The translations under genes and the position numbers were made by a program. DNA of 64,000 nucleotides from an uncultured Chthonomonadaceae bacterium (GTDB lineage: Bacteria > Armatimonadota > Chthonomonadetes > Chthonomonadales > Chthonomonadaceae). The notes beneath the pieces are model-generated. The model saw nothing but the letters and a program-made list of their open reading frames with translations. It was not told where the DNA came from and ran no database searches. Shown in pieces: positions 33,674-42,562 of the stretch. Positions within the stretch are counted from its first letter, which is position 1; each line of letters begins with the position of its first letter. The stretch lies in contig CAWIEK010000041.1 of NCBI GenBank assembly GCA_963835065.1, positions 146,321 through 210,320 on the forward strand. The letters are read 5' to 3'.

Positions 33674-33903
33674 GAAGGTATTAGGATAGAAGATGGAATA
33701 TAGGAAGCCTGAATACCGAACGCCTGAACACCTGAACACCCGAACTTGAACTTTATCATGCCCTGAACGTCAAGACGCGCAGGGAAGAGTGCCTGTTTTT
33801 CACGCTCAGGACGGCGTATGGCCTCATTTGAGGAACTCCGTCGTGTTCCGGCATGTCCCTAAACAAGCAGTTCAATACAACAGGAATAAAGGGGTAGGAA
33901 ACC

Positions 33904-35727
33904 ATGTACCTGCGCAATTCGCAAAACTCACATAACAATCCTTTCTTCAGGGAAAACGTCATCAGGAAAAACGCGCTTCGGGGTTGGCAAAGCAAGAACT
34001 CTGTTACCCGCTTTGCGGCGCTGACGGGAGCGGCGGCTTTGTTGCTGTTGGGGAGCGCATCCGGCGTTCGGGCGCAGGGCATCAGCGTCACGGTCAACGG
34101 GCAGCCGGTGCAGTTCAAGGACATCGGCCCGCAGCAGATTGACGGACGCACCCTCGTTCCCGTGCGCGGCGTTCTGGAAAAGCTCGGCGCGACCATCGCT
34201 TATCTGCCGCAAACGCAAACCGTTGTCGCCAGCACGGCGAAAATAGATATTCAGTTAAAAATCGGCTCCAAAATCGCGGTTGTCAATGGCAACAATGTCA
34301 CGCTCGATGTGGCCGCGCAGGAGATACACGACCATACGTTTGTCCCTCTGCGCTTTTTAGGCGAAGCGTTGGGAGCGGACGTGGGCTGGGACGCGGCAAC
34401 GCATACGGTGCGGATTATCACCAAAGACGCCCTGAACGCGAGCAGCGGACAGCCCGCCCGTCCGGCAGGCAATGACCGCCCGCCCCATCGAGATGACCAT
34501 CCGCCGCGCAGGGACGACGCGGATAAAGGCCCCGCTCCGGTTATCAACTCATTTACGCAGGACGCGCCCGGCTGGCTGCGAAGCGGCGCGACCCTGCATG
34601 TTACTATGGATGGCACACCGGGCGGGCAGGCGGATTTTCGCGTTCCCGGCCTTGTGGAAGATATTCCCATGCGCGAAGCGTCGCGGGGGCATTACGTCGG
34701 CGCGTGGCAAGTTCCGTCCGATAAGCCGCTGCAATTGCGTTCGGCAGCCGTGATCGGCAGCCTGAAAGTGGGCGGCAGAATGGCTCCCATGATACAGGCG
34801 GGGCAAACGCTGGCCGTAGACGCCATGCCGCCACAAATCCGGGACCGCGCTCCCGAAGAAGCCGCCCGCGTCAACGATCCGCGCCCCGGCATTTCCGCCA
34901 TTTTCGAGGACGAAGGCAGCGGCATAGACCGCAACTCGGTACGCTTATTGCTCAATGGGCAGGATGTCACTGCGCAGGCGACCATAACGCGCGATTTCAT
35001 TTCGTTCCGGCCTGCCGCGCCCCTGCCTGCCGGCCCGCAAACGGTGGAATTGCGCGTGATGGATGTGGCGGGCAACCGCTCCACTGCCCGATGGACGTTT
35101 GCCGAGCAAGCGCGGGAAGCGGGCGGCATCCGGGCGGTCAGCGACAACGCCACCCATCCGCTGCAGCCCGGAGATTCGCTGAATGTCGCGTTAAACGGCT
35201 CACCCGGTGGACAGGCGACATTCAGCGTGGGCAACATTCAGGACGTGGCTATGCGCGAAGAGCAGCCCGGACATTACGCCTGCAATTACACGGTTCGGCG
35301 CGGCGATGACGCAGACGGCAAGCCGATCCTTTTCCGCCTGCAAACCCCCGATGGACAGCGCTTTCAGCAGTCCTCGCAAAACGCGCTGCGCATCCACACG
35401 GGCAAGCCTGCCGCGCCGTTGATTGTCTCGCCCGGCCCGAACGAAGCGCCCGGCAACCCGCTCACAGTGCGCGGAACCGCGTCGCCCCACAGCAAAGTGC
35501 ATGTCCGGGTGAATTACAGCAACAAGGCGCTCGGTCTGATTACCTTGCAGGGAACAGCGGCGGATACCGTTGTACGGGCGGATAGAGAAGGCCACTGGCA
35601 GACAGCGCCCATCAACATCGGCAGCATTTTGGGAAATCGGGGCGTGGAGTATACGATTGCAGCGACAGCCGCCAACGACGCGGGCGAGCAGTCCGAACCA
35701 ACAACGGCGCGTTTCCGTATCCGGTAG
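33904..35727 (+). CDS. Copper amine oxidase N-terminal (stalk) domain + Ig-like repeat surface protein
   Basis: GRTLVPVRGVLEKLGA, FVPLRFLGEALGADVGWD, signal peptide. Confidence 0.85.
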   Translation: MYLRNSQNSHNNPFFRENVIRKNALRGWQSKNSVTRFAALTGAAALLLLGSASGVRAQGISVTVNGQPVQFKDIGPQQIDGRTLVPVRGVLEKLGATIAYLPQTQTVVASTAKIDIQLKIGSKIAVVNGNNVTLDVAAQEIHDHTFVPLRFLGEALGADVGWDAATHTVRIITKDALNASSGQPARPAGNDRPPHRDDHPPRRDDADKGPAPVINSFTQDAPGWLRSGATLHVTMDGTPGGQADFRVPGLVEDIPMREASRGHYVGAWQVPSDKPLQLRSAAVIGSLKVGGRMAPMIQAGQTLAVDAMPPQIRDRAPEEAARVNDPRPGISAIFEDEGSGIDRNSVRLLLNGQDVTAQATITRDFISFRPAAPLPAGPQTVELRVMDVAGNRSTARWTFAEQAREAGGIRAVSDNATHPLQPGDSLNVALNGSPGGQATFSVGNIQDVAMREEQPGHYACNYTVRRGDDADGKPILFRLQTPDGQRFQQSSQNALRIHTGKPAAPLIVSPGPNEAPGNPLTVRGTASPHSKVHVRVNYSNKALGLITLQGTAADTVVRADREGHWQTAPINIGSILGNRGVEYTIAATAANDAGEQSEPTTARFRIR

Positions 35728-35767
35728 AAAGCAGGTTATGCTAACAGCGTGTCAGAACTAGGGGATC

Positions 35768-35790
35768 GGCGCGGCAAGCAGCGCCCCTAC
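35768..35790 (-). repeat. Single GTAG-type REP-like palindrome
   Basis: GTAGGGGCGCTGCTTGCCGCGCC on the minus strand. Confidence 0.5.
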
Positions 35791-35942
35791 AACACGAACT
35801 TCTCATACACCGTTAGTATAGAAGCGGGCGGGCAGGGCAAATTCCTTTTGCTGACATGGCAAGGCTCATATAGCAGAAGGAGTTTGCCTGCGCATACTTT
35901 CACCGGCGCAGGCTTCAAACGTATGTCTTCAGAGGAGACGCA

Positions 35943-36347
35943 ATGAGCGCGATCAAGGAATTTCAAACGTTTATACTGCGTGGCAATGTGGTTGACCTGG
36001 CGGTCGGCGTGGTCATTGGCGCGGCGTTTACGGGTGTCGTGACGGCGTTCACCAAAGACATCATCACGCCCATCATCGGCATTCCCGGCAAAATGAATTT
36101 CAGCGAGTATGCCTTCACCATCAACGGCAGCAAGTTCCTGATAGGCGAATTCCTCAACACGCTCATCAGTTTTGTGCTGACCGCGCTGGTAGTCTTCTTC
36201 CTTGTCGTTCGGCCTGTCAACTGGCTGGTGGCGCGGCGCAAGGTGGACACGCCCGCCGAAGAAACCACCCGCGAATGTCCGCAATGCCTGAGCAAAATCC
36301 CCCTCAAAGCCACGCGCTGCGCGTTCTGCACGTCGGAAGTTAGTTGA
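35943..36347 (+). CDS. mscL: Large-conductance mechanosensitive channel with C-terminal zinc ribbon
   Basis: EFQTFILRGNVVDLAVGVVIGAAF; CPQC...CAFC. Confidence 0.95.
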   Translation: MSAIKEFQTFILRGNVVDLAVGVVIGAAFTGVVTAFTKDIITPIIGIPGKMNFSEYAFTINGSKFLIGEFLNTLISFVLTALVVFFLVVRPVNWLVARRKVDTPAEETTRECPQCLSKIPLKATRCAFCTSEVS

Positions 36348-36384
36348 AGGTTGAGAGTTGAAGGTTGAGAGTTGAGAGTTGAGG
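36343..36384 (+). repeat. Heptamer array (GTTGAGA/GTTGAAG)n, with inverted partner (TATCAAC)n at 36946-36974
   Basis: Direct reading. Confidence 0.85.
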
Positions 36385-36418
36385 GTTTACTGCCGCACAT
36401 GTAGTGTTATTCCAACGT

Positions 36419-36616
36419 TTACTCTTTGAAGTCTTCTAATGGCGCGTCGAAATCGTCCGCCATGTAGAGAATATCGTCTTTCGCGCTGCCAAATACCGGC
36501 TGAGGACGCAGAACAGCGCTTTGTAGGAGGCGGTTGGCGATTCTCTGTTTCTGCTCCTCCTGCAATTGTTCCAGCAGGGCAAATACCTGCGCATCCGTCA
36601 GTTCTAAAGTTGCCAT
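36419..36616 (-). CDS. DUF2281-like antitoxin, orphan
   Basis: FGSAKDDILYMADDFDAPLEDF signature; SD GGGAG. Confidence 0.75.
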   Translation of the reverse strand: MATLELTDAQVFALLEQLQEEQKQRIANRLLQSAVLRPQPVFGSAKDDILYMADDFDAPLEDFKE

Positions 36617-37171
36617 GACTGCTCCCTTCCTGCAATCTACACTACCCACTATATTATAGCGCGTTGCTCACAAATTCGCCATACGGCGAAAACCTCTACC
36701 AGGGCTGGCATATCTAAAATGCTCAACATCTATCCCGTCGTGGTACATCCACCAGTGGACTGCGCCTGCTCCCTCCTTCGGGTGGACCAATCCAAAAAGA
36801 ACGCGCAAAAAAGTAGAAAAAAATCTACACAAACAACAGAAACAACGAACCTTCTCTGCCTCCAACTCGTCTAAGTACATACGCACGTCTACATAATAGA
36901 GACTGCTAACTAGCCAGGTGGCGGGACGTTGAAGATCATAGTTCCTATCAACTATCAACTATCAACTATCAACTAACCCGGAAGGGAGGTGCTGGAAGAT
37001 GCCTGGTCACTCTCCCCGTTCGCCCTGACGCTTACGAGGTCGCGACGCCTCTTCCTTTCACAACTTGACACAACGAGACATCGGGCTGGAAGCGCTGTAT
37101 TGCCAAGATTTCGACGATGACTCTACATACTCTTTTTCTTTTCCCATTTAGAGGCCCCGGCCTTGAAACCT

Positions 37172-38941
37172 CTACGATGTTTTCGGGCGTGGGGAGGACA
37201 GGCCGAACAGTTGGAAGAGTTCGTCGGCGGTCAGGGCGTTGGAAATGTCGAGCGTCACGTCGTCTACCAGATCGGCGAACAGTTTGCGCTTGGATTTCAG
37301 GGTTTCGTCAATGCGCTCCTCAATGGTGTTGGCGCAGATGTAGCGGTACACGGTGACGGGGAAGGGCTGGCCCATGCGGTGGGCGCGGCTGTCGGCCTGC
37401 TCCTCAATGGCCGGGTTCCACCAGCGATCCAGATGAAACACGTAGGACGCGGCCTGCAAGTTTAAGCCCACGCCGCCCGCCCGCAACGAGAGCAGTAAGG
37501 CTTTGTACATGGGATCGGTCATAAAGCGGTTCACCACTTCGGCGCGTCTCCCCGGTGACAGACTGCCCGTAAATTCCAATGGACGAAACGCTTTGAGAAC
37601 CTGCGCCAATTTGCCGACGCCGAACGTTTCGTCCGTAAACTGCGAAAAGATCAGGGCGCGGTGTCCCTCCTGCGTCAAGGTTTCCATGCGCTGCGCAATG
37701 TCGCGCAGTTTGGCCAACTCGCCACTGGCGGGGTCCACGTTGCAAATCTGCTTCAAGCGCGTAATCAGTTCCAGAACATGCGTAATGGTCAAGTCCGCGC
37801 CGTAGTGCGCCAATCGCAAAATGCCCTCTTTTTCCGCGCGGTCGTATGCCATGCGCTGCAAGGGCGGAAGTTCCAATACCAGTTCGTGAATGCGTTTGGG
37901 CGGCAGGTCGCGCAGCACGTCCTGCTTTTTGCGCCGCAGTTGTACAGCCCGCAACTGCGCCACAATCTCGGCGGGCGCAGACGGCAAGGAAAACGGCTGT
38001 CCCGGTTCGCCATGCAAAAATTCCAGCAGGGAAACAATATCATCCAGGCTGTTTTCCAGCGGCGTTCCCGTCAGCGCCCATCGCCGCAGTCGCCGCAAAC
38101 GCTTGCAGGCAATCGCATTGCCCGACTCGCGGTTTTTAATGCGCGACGCTTCATCCAAAACCACTACATCCCACGTTTGGCGCGAAACGGGGCTGTCGGC
38201 GATTTCCACCACGTCCATGCGCAGGGTTTCGTAACTGACCAGCCGAACATGGGCGGGAACGCGCCACAGATTGCTGCGCTCCCCCGCCGCGCCGCTGATG
38301 GTGACAGCCTGCAAATCCGGCGCCCACCGCGTCAACTCCCGCCTCCACTGCGCCAGAAGCGAAGCCGGCACAACCACAAGCGCCGAACCGATGCGTTGCT
38401 GAAAAAACAGGATACGCAATGCGGCAACCGCTTGAATCCCCTTGCCCAGTCCCATATCGTCGGCGAGCAGCAGTTCGCGGCGGGACAATAAAGCGGCAAT
38501 GCCGTCCTGTTGGTAGGGCAGCAGGGGCGCGGGCCATTCCAAAACGCCGTTTGGCGCGGTGAGATGGGAAAGCGGGGGTTGCAAGCGGGCGGCAAGGCGG
38601 CGCAGGAAATCGTCTTCGGAAGAAAGCGGGCGCGCGGGAGACGGGATTGGGTCGTCTTCGAGTTCGCCCTCGCGGAAGGCGGGAATCTCATCCCACATAT
38701 TTTGCAGGTCGAACCAGCCGATAGGGTAGGCGCGGGCGGCGGCCATTTCCAAACCGGCGCTGTCGCCAATCGCGGGCAATCCCGGCAACAACTGCCCTGC
38801 CGGACGGACACGAGCAAGCCCGACGCGAAAATCTTCGATGGCAAGGGCAACCGGCGCGGGAACGTCGGGCGACCACTCGCGTCCCAAGCCGGGTACGCGC
38901 CCGGATACGGTTGGCTTCGGCTTGCGCGTAAACGGAATCAC
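37172..38941 (-). CDS. Stand-alone SNF2-family helicase/ATPase
   Basis: LADDMGLGK, VVLDEASRIKN, LTGTPLEN, GGVGLNL, WWNPAIEEQADSRAHRMGQ. Confidence 0.95.
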   Translation of the reverse strand: MIPFTRKPKPTVSGRVPGLGREWSPDVPAPVALAIEDFRVGLARVRPAGQLLPGLPAIGDSAGLEMAAARAYPIGWFDLQNMWDEIPAFREGELEDDPIPSPARPLSSEDDFLRRLAARLQPPLSHLTAPNGVLEWPAPLLPYQQDGIAALLSRRELLLADDMGLGKGIQAVAALRILFFQQRIGSALVVVPASLLAQWRRELTRWAPDLQAVTISGAAGERSNLWRVPAHVRLVSYETLRMDVVEIADSPVSRQTWDVVVLDEASRIKNRESGNAIACKRLRRLRRWALTGTPLENSLDDIVSLLEFLHGEPGQPFSLPSAPAEIVAQLRAVQLRRKKQDVLRDLPPKRIHELVLELPPLQRMAYDRAEKEGILRLAHYGADLTITHVLELITRLKQICNVDPASGELAKLRDIAQRMETLTQEGHRALIFSQFTDETFGVGKLAQVLKAFRPLEFTGSLSPGRRAEVVNRFMTDPMYKALLLSLRAGGVGLNLQAASYVFHLDRWWNPAIEEQADSRAHRMGQPFPVTVYRYICANTIEERIDETLKSKRKLFADLVDDVTLDISNALTADELFQLFGLSSPRPKTS

Positions 38942-39543
38942 GTTTCGCGCTCCCCCGTCGGAACGCGCCTGCTTGTTGAAGCCGATGCAGCAACGTTTGT
39001 CGCCGAATTCGTACCGCGCGTTCCGCTTCCGCTTTGAAACGCTTCCGGGTAGGCAAGGCGCAGGCCGTCGCGCAGGCGGGCAAACGGCTCCTCGACAAAC
39101 CCGCGCTTCGCCAGATGCTCGTACAGCGCGTGCGCCCTCATGCCCGATGCGGGCGGCTCATTAATCCAGCTCCACGCAAGCGGCGCGTCCGGTTCTCCTT
39201 CCGCGACCTGGGCAAATGGAATGGACGGAGCCAGTTCGTCACGGCAAAAATCGGGCGTACCGAGCGTGTCCTTGCACACCAGCAAATCGGGTTCGCGCTG
39301 GCAGGCATCAAACAGGGAATGTACCAGCACAACCGTACCCACCGCCCGAACTTTCTCTTCCGGCCACAAAAACCCGCCCGGCGCATCCACCACATTGTGA
39401 ACGAATTCCAGCGGCTGCCCCCGCCCGTCAATCAGCAGCAGCGCCCCCACCAACTGCCGCGCCGAACGCGCCCGCTGCACGTCCACAAACGCGGCAATCC
39501 CCTCCTGCGCGGCGCGCGGCAATTTTCGATAGGGTACGGGCAT
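38938..39543 (-). CDS. Hypothetical 201-aa protein coupled to the SNF2 gene
   Basis: GTGA overlap with SNF2; GALLLIDGRGQPLEF and EEPFARL motifs. Confidence 0.8.
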   Translation of the reverse strand: MPVPYRKLPRAAQEGIAAFVDVQRARSARQLVGALLLIDGRGQPLEFVHNVVDAPGGFLWPEEKVRAVGTVVLVHSLFDACQREPDLLVCKDTLGTPDFCRDELAPSIPFAQVAEGEPDAPLAWSWINEPPASGMRAHALYEHLAKRGFVEEPFARLRDGLRLAYPEAFQSGSGTRGTNSATNVAASASTSRRVPTGERET

Positions 39544-39597
39544 TACTCACTCGTTTCTTCGGCAGCTTCGGCTTCGGCAAGGGTTTGGTCGGCGATT
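39543..39597 (-). repeat. Displaced duplicate of the 3' end of the BrxD-like gene (partner at 41171-41225)
   Basis: 33-bp core with 2 mismatches; encodes IADQTLAEAEAAEETSE*, versus ISDQTLAEAEATEDANE*. Confidence 0.85.
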
Positions 39598-39634
39598 CAG
39601 TGTTTCGCTTTTAGCAGAAAATTTTGTACGCGGC

Positions 39635-39982
39635 TTATATTATCGGGTTGGTGAGAGTATGCACTGTCGTCAAAACAGCCAACAGTTTTTCTGTTTTTAA
39701 TGTGCCTACTCTTTTGGTTATAAGCGCCTCATCCGCAGTAAACAAGTATGTCGGCCTTATATAACAACGCTTGTTCAAAGTACCGCCTTCTATATCCCCT
39801 GCTTCTACTTCAATAATGCCCGGCGTTGGCACTGATTGGGTTGTTACCGCACAAACAAGATAATGTTCGCTTGCATTGTAAGGCCAGGACGCTAAAACTA
39901 AGACAGGCCGGTTTTTGAAACCGGCGGATTCAGTAAACGGAAATGGAACAACCACAACATCTCCCTTCACAAATCGCGCCAA
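39635..39982 (-). CDS. mazF: PemK/MazF family type II toxin
   Basis: KGDVVVVPFPFT...KNRPVLVLA, CAVTT. Confidence 0.9.
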   Translation of the reverse strand: MARFVKGDVVVVPFPFTESAGFKNRPVLVLASWPYNASEHYLVCAVTTQSVPTPGIIEVEAGDIEGGTLNKRCYIRPTYLFTADEALITKRVGTLKTEKLLAVLTTVHTLTNPII

Positions 39983-40227
39983 GCCTCATCCTCCTCCGGC
40001 GTATCCCACAATTGTCGAAGCGTGTACTCACTAGCCAAAGCCGTACCTTTTACTAAGAGACTATCATCAAGCATCTCCCAATCATCCAAAACTACGTCTG
40101 ATTGAGAAGTATTAGATAAGGGAGCAACAGGCGTAATTTTTGTGCCCGTGCCTTCCGCAGATATGTGTAAAGAGGAAGCGGATTTTCTTTTACGCGAAAG
40201 TTTTCGGCGAACATCTACAGCAGCCAT
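39967..40227 (-). CDS. Putative antitoxin
   Basis: C-terminal LASEYTLRQLWDTPEEDEAWRDL typical of partners of this toxin clade; overlaps the toxin; TTGACA-17-CACAAT at 40268-40296. Confidence 0.8.
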   Translation of the reverse strand: MAAVDVRRKLSRKRKSASSLHISAEGTGTKITPVAPLSNTSQSDVVLDDWEMLDDSLLVKGTALASEYTLRQLWDTPEEDEAWRDL

Positions 40228-40368
40228 ATTTCTATCCTCCGACACGCAGACATACAATTATAGAATTATTGTGTCACGATTTCCTTCTAATGTCAAAGAA
40301 CAACCGTTGATTGCGTAGCTCTTTGAGGAGACAGGCGTTAGCCACCGGCGTAAGGGGCATGTCTGAAC

Positions 40369-40993
40369 TCAGGCGGCGGCTTTTTGCAGCATTTCGCCGA
40401 CAAACGTTTTTAGTTGGCAGGCGAACGGATGCTGCCGCAACGCGCTGAAATCCAAATGCGCCAGCTGGCTTTCAAGCGCCTGTGTAAATGCGTCGGGCGA
40501 GGACACTTGCATGGCTTGCATCAGGATTTGCCGGGGCACATATTGACCGCGTATGAATTGTTCCTCCGTAAGCGGGTGTCCGACAAGCGCCTCCACGATG
40601 TTTCTATCGGAGAACAGCAATGCCTCTATGCTGGGAACCGCCAGAAGTATTCGCCACCGTGAACGCGCCGCCACTTGTCCCATCGCGTCTTCCAGAAATT
40701 CCTCTTGTGTACGAATGTTCTGCGCGTCGGAAGAGTTGGCGTTCAAGACTAACATAGTTGGCTGACGACGCGGCGACAAACCAAATACAATCAGCGTCTG
40801 CGGGCACGTTCAAGACTAACATAGTTGGCTGACGACGCGCTGCCAGCAAAGAACGCGCCATTGTATCTGCGCTGTCCCGCCCGCCCGCTGATACTACGCG
40901 AATATCATCGCGTTCCAGAGCAAACTTCGGTTTTAGAAGTTCCCGCACATACACAATATCCGATTTACTTTCCACGACGATGTAGCATGTCAT
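40369..40993 (-). pseudogene. TOPRIM-like protein disrupted by a 67-bp insertion
   Basis: YIVVESKSD, VVSAGG, AVPSIEALL; removing 67 bp restores one 185-aa ORF. Confidence 0.7.
40740..40839. repeat. 33-bp perfect direct repeat flanking a 34-bp unique insert
   Basis: CGTTCAAGACTAACATAGTTGGCTGACGACGCG at 40740-40772 and 40807-40839. Confidence 0.95.
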
Positions 40994-41170
40994 AGCAGGT
41001 GATCCTCCACAAGCAGGTCAGGAAGCCCAAATTCCACAGCATAACGAATTACCTGCTTCCCAATCCGGCAACGGGTCTGCATTACGAACAGCAGTCCACA
41101 AATCACGCACATCTGAATAGGTATACGCGCTAATCTGCTGCTCATAGTCTCGTGCCAATTCAACTCCTCA

Positions 41171-42412
41171 CTACTCGTTGGCGTCTTCCGTGGCTTCGGC
41201 TTCGGCAAGGGTTTGATCGGAGATTTCGGAGGTGTCGAATTGCACGTCGCCGCTTTCTACATCCGCCGTGTACTCCGGGTAGTAGCGGTGCAGGTCCCAA
41301 AGCGTGATCCATCGGCGGATTTCGGAGCGGATGGTAGTTCGTACCTCGCCGCGAACGCGGGGCAGAAACGGGACGCTGGTGTTGTATGCCTGCTCATACA
41401 GGTTTTTGACCCGGTACTTGACCTGCTCCTCCTGTTCGGGCGTGGGCGATTCCAGATAAAACGGTTTTTTCAGCAAGTTGATGCCGCGCAGGGCGCGTAA
41501 GTCCCGCTCGTCGGCAGTGCCGCTGCTGCTGTTGACGTTGGCAAGAAACCGCTGCTCGTCGCGCGTGCCGCCGGTAACCGTATCGTTGATAAACCCCTGT
41601 GTCATGGTGAAGACCGGCAAAATCGCGCTGCCCTCCTGTTGCGCCACATCGCTCCACCAGCCCAATTCCTGATATGCGCTCAAACGCTGCTTGACCGAGA
41701 ACCTGGCAATACGATCCAACTCGTCGAATAGCACCACCAGCCCTTTGCCGCCGCCTGCCCGGTACAAGCGCGCCAGCAGGCGGATACGGTCATGCGCAAC
41801 AAGGGCGTTGCGCGGGCCGCTTAAATCGAAACTGACGAGCGCGCCGAGTTCCTTGAGCTTTTGCCGCACGACCGCTTTGGGCAAAAACTTGCCCTCGAAA
41901 TCCTCCAGCACCTGCGCCCGCAGTTCCTCATCCGCCCGGAATTCCTGATAAATATGCAGCAGCGCGCGAAAGCGATCATCCAGGCCGGCTTCGCGCGTCC
42001 ACGCTTTGAGATCGTTGAATGCGGTGCTGCTCGTGTTCAAATTAGCGGCGAGAGCGCGCAGGGCTGTGTCCGCGTTGCCGGGAGCCTGCGCTGCTTCCGC
42101 AAGGGTTCGCAGCACAATCGGCGCGTTTCCAAGTGGCATTTCCGGGCTGACGACAACAAAACTCGTGACAAACCCCTGCTGCGCCGCCACAGCCTGCAAA
42201 TAATTGAGCAGGTGCGATTTGCCCGCCCCGAAGTTGGCGGAAACCATAATCGGCGCTGCGCCCCGGCCCTCCGCCAGAGCTTCCAATCCCGCGTCGAACT
42301 GCGCCTTCACTTCTGTCTGCGTGGTTCCTAATTGCGTGACCGCATGGCGGCTCGGCACCCCCGACCGCAGCGACTCAATCGCGCTCCGCGCCGCCACTGC
42401 TTCTGCGTCCAT
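41171..42412 (-). CDS. BrxD/DUF2791-like P-loop ATPase, intact motifs
   Basis: IESLRSGVP, Walker A ANFGAGKSH, Walker B LVVLFDE; SD GGAGG. Confidence 0.85.
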   Translation of the reverse strand: MDAEAVAARSAIESLRSGVPSRHAVTQLGTTQTEVKAQFDAGLEALAEGRGAAPIMVSANFGAGKSHLLNYLQAVAAQQGFVTSFVVVSPEMPLGNAPIVLRTLAEAAQAPGNADTALRALAANLNTSSTAFNDLKAWTREAGLDDRFRALLHIYQEFRADEELRAQVLEDFEGKFLPKAVVRQKLKELGALVSFDLSGPRNALVAHDRIRLLARLYRAGGGKGLVVLFDELDRIARFSVKQRLSAYQELGWWSDVAQQEGSAILPVFTMTQGFINDTVTGGTRDEQRFLANVNSSSGTADERDLRALRGINLLKKPFYLESPTPEQEEQVKYRVKNLYEQAYNTSVPFLPRVRGEVRTTIRSEIRRWITLWDLHRYYPEYTADVESGDVQFDTSEISDQTLAEAEATEDANE

Positions 42413-42432
42413 TTTCTGCCTCCATTCAAGAA

Positions 42433-42562
42433 AAGGATGAAGGATGAAGGATGAAGGATGAAGTGGGTGTTAGGTGTTGGGTATTAGGTGTTGGGGAGTT
42501 CTGTTCCCTGTTCCCTGTTTCCTGTTCCCTAAATTCATCCTTCATCCTTCATCCTTCATCCT
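42433..42562. repeat. Nested heptamer arrays: (AAGGATG)n ... (CATCCTT)n enclosing (GGTGTTA)n and (CTGTTCC)n
   Basis: Direct reading. Confidence 0.85.

Noticed and set aside
35943..36347. MscL zinc-ribbon tail as a novelty
   Set aside because: I recognise this as a recurring MscL subfamily feature.
36977..37150. GGAGGT + ATG at about 36999
   Set aside because: Opens only 9 codons; cannot support a gene without homology evidence.
40740..40839. Bona fide CRISPR array
   Set aside because: Only two repeats, the repeat is coding sequence of the host gene, and there is no leader or cas gene in the window; kept only as a possible ectopic event.
40990..41208. 72-aa ORF after the BrxD-like gene
   Set aside because: Starts inside the duplicated tail in a shifted frame; no recognisable features.
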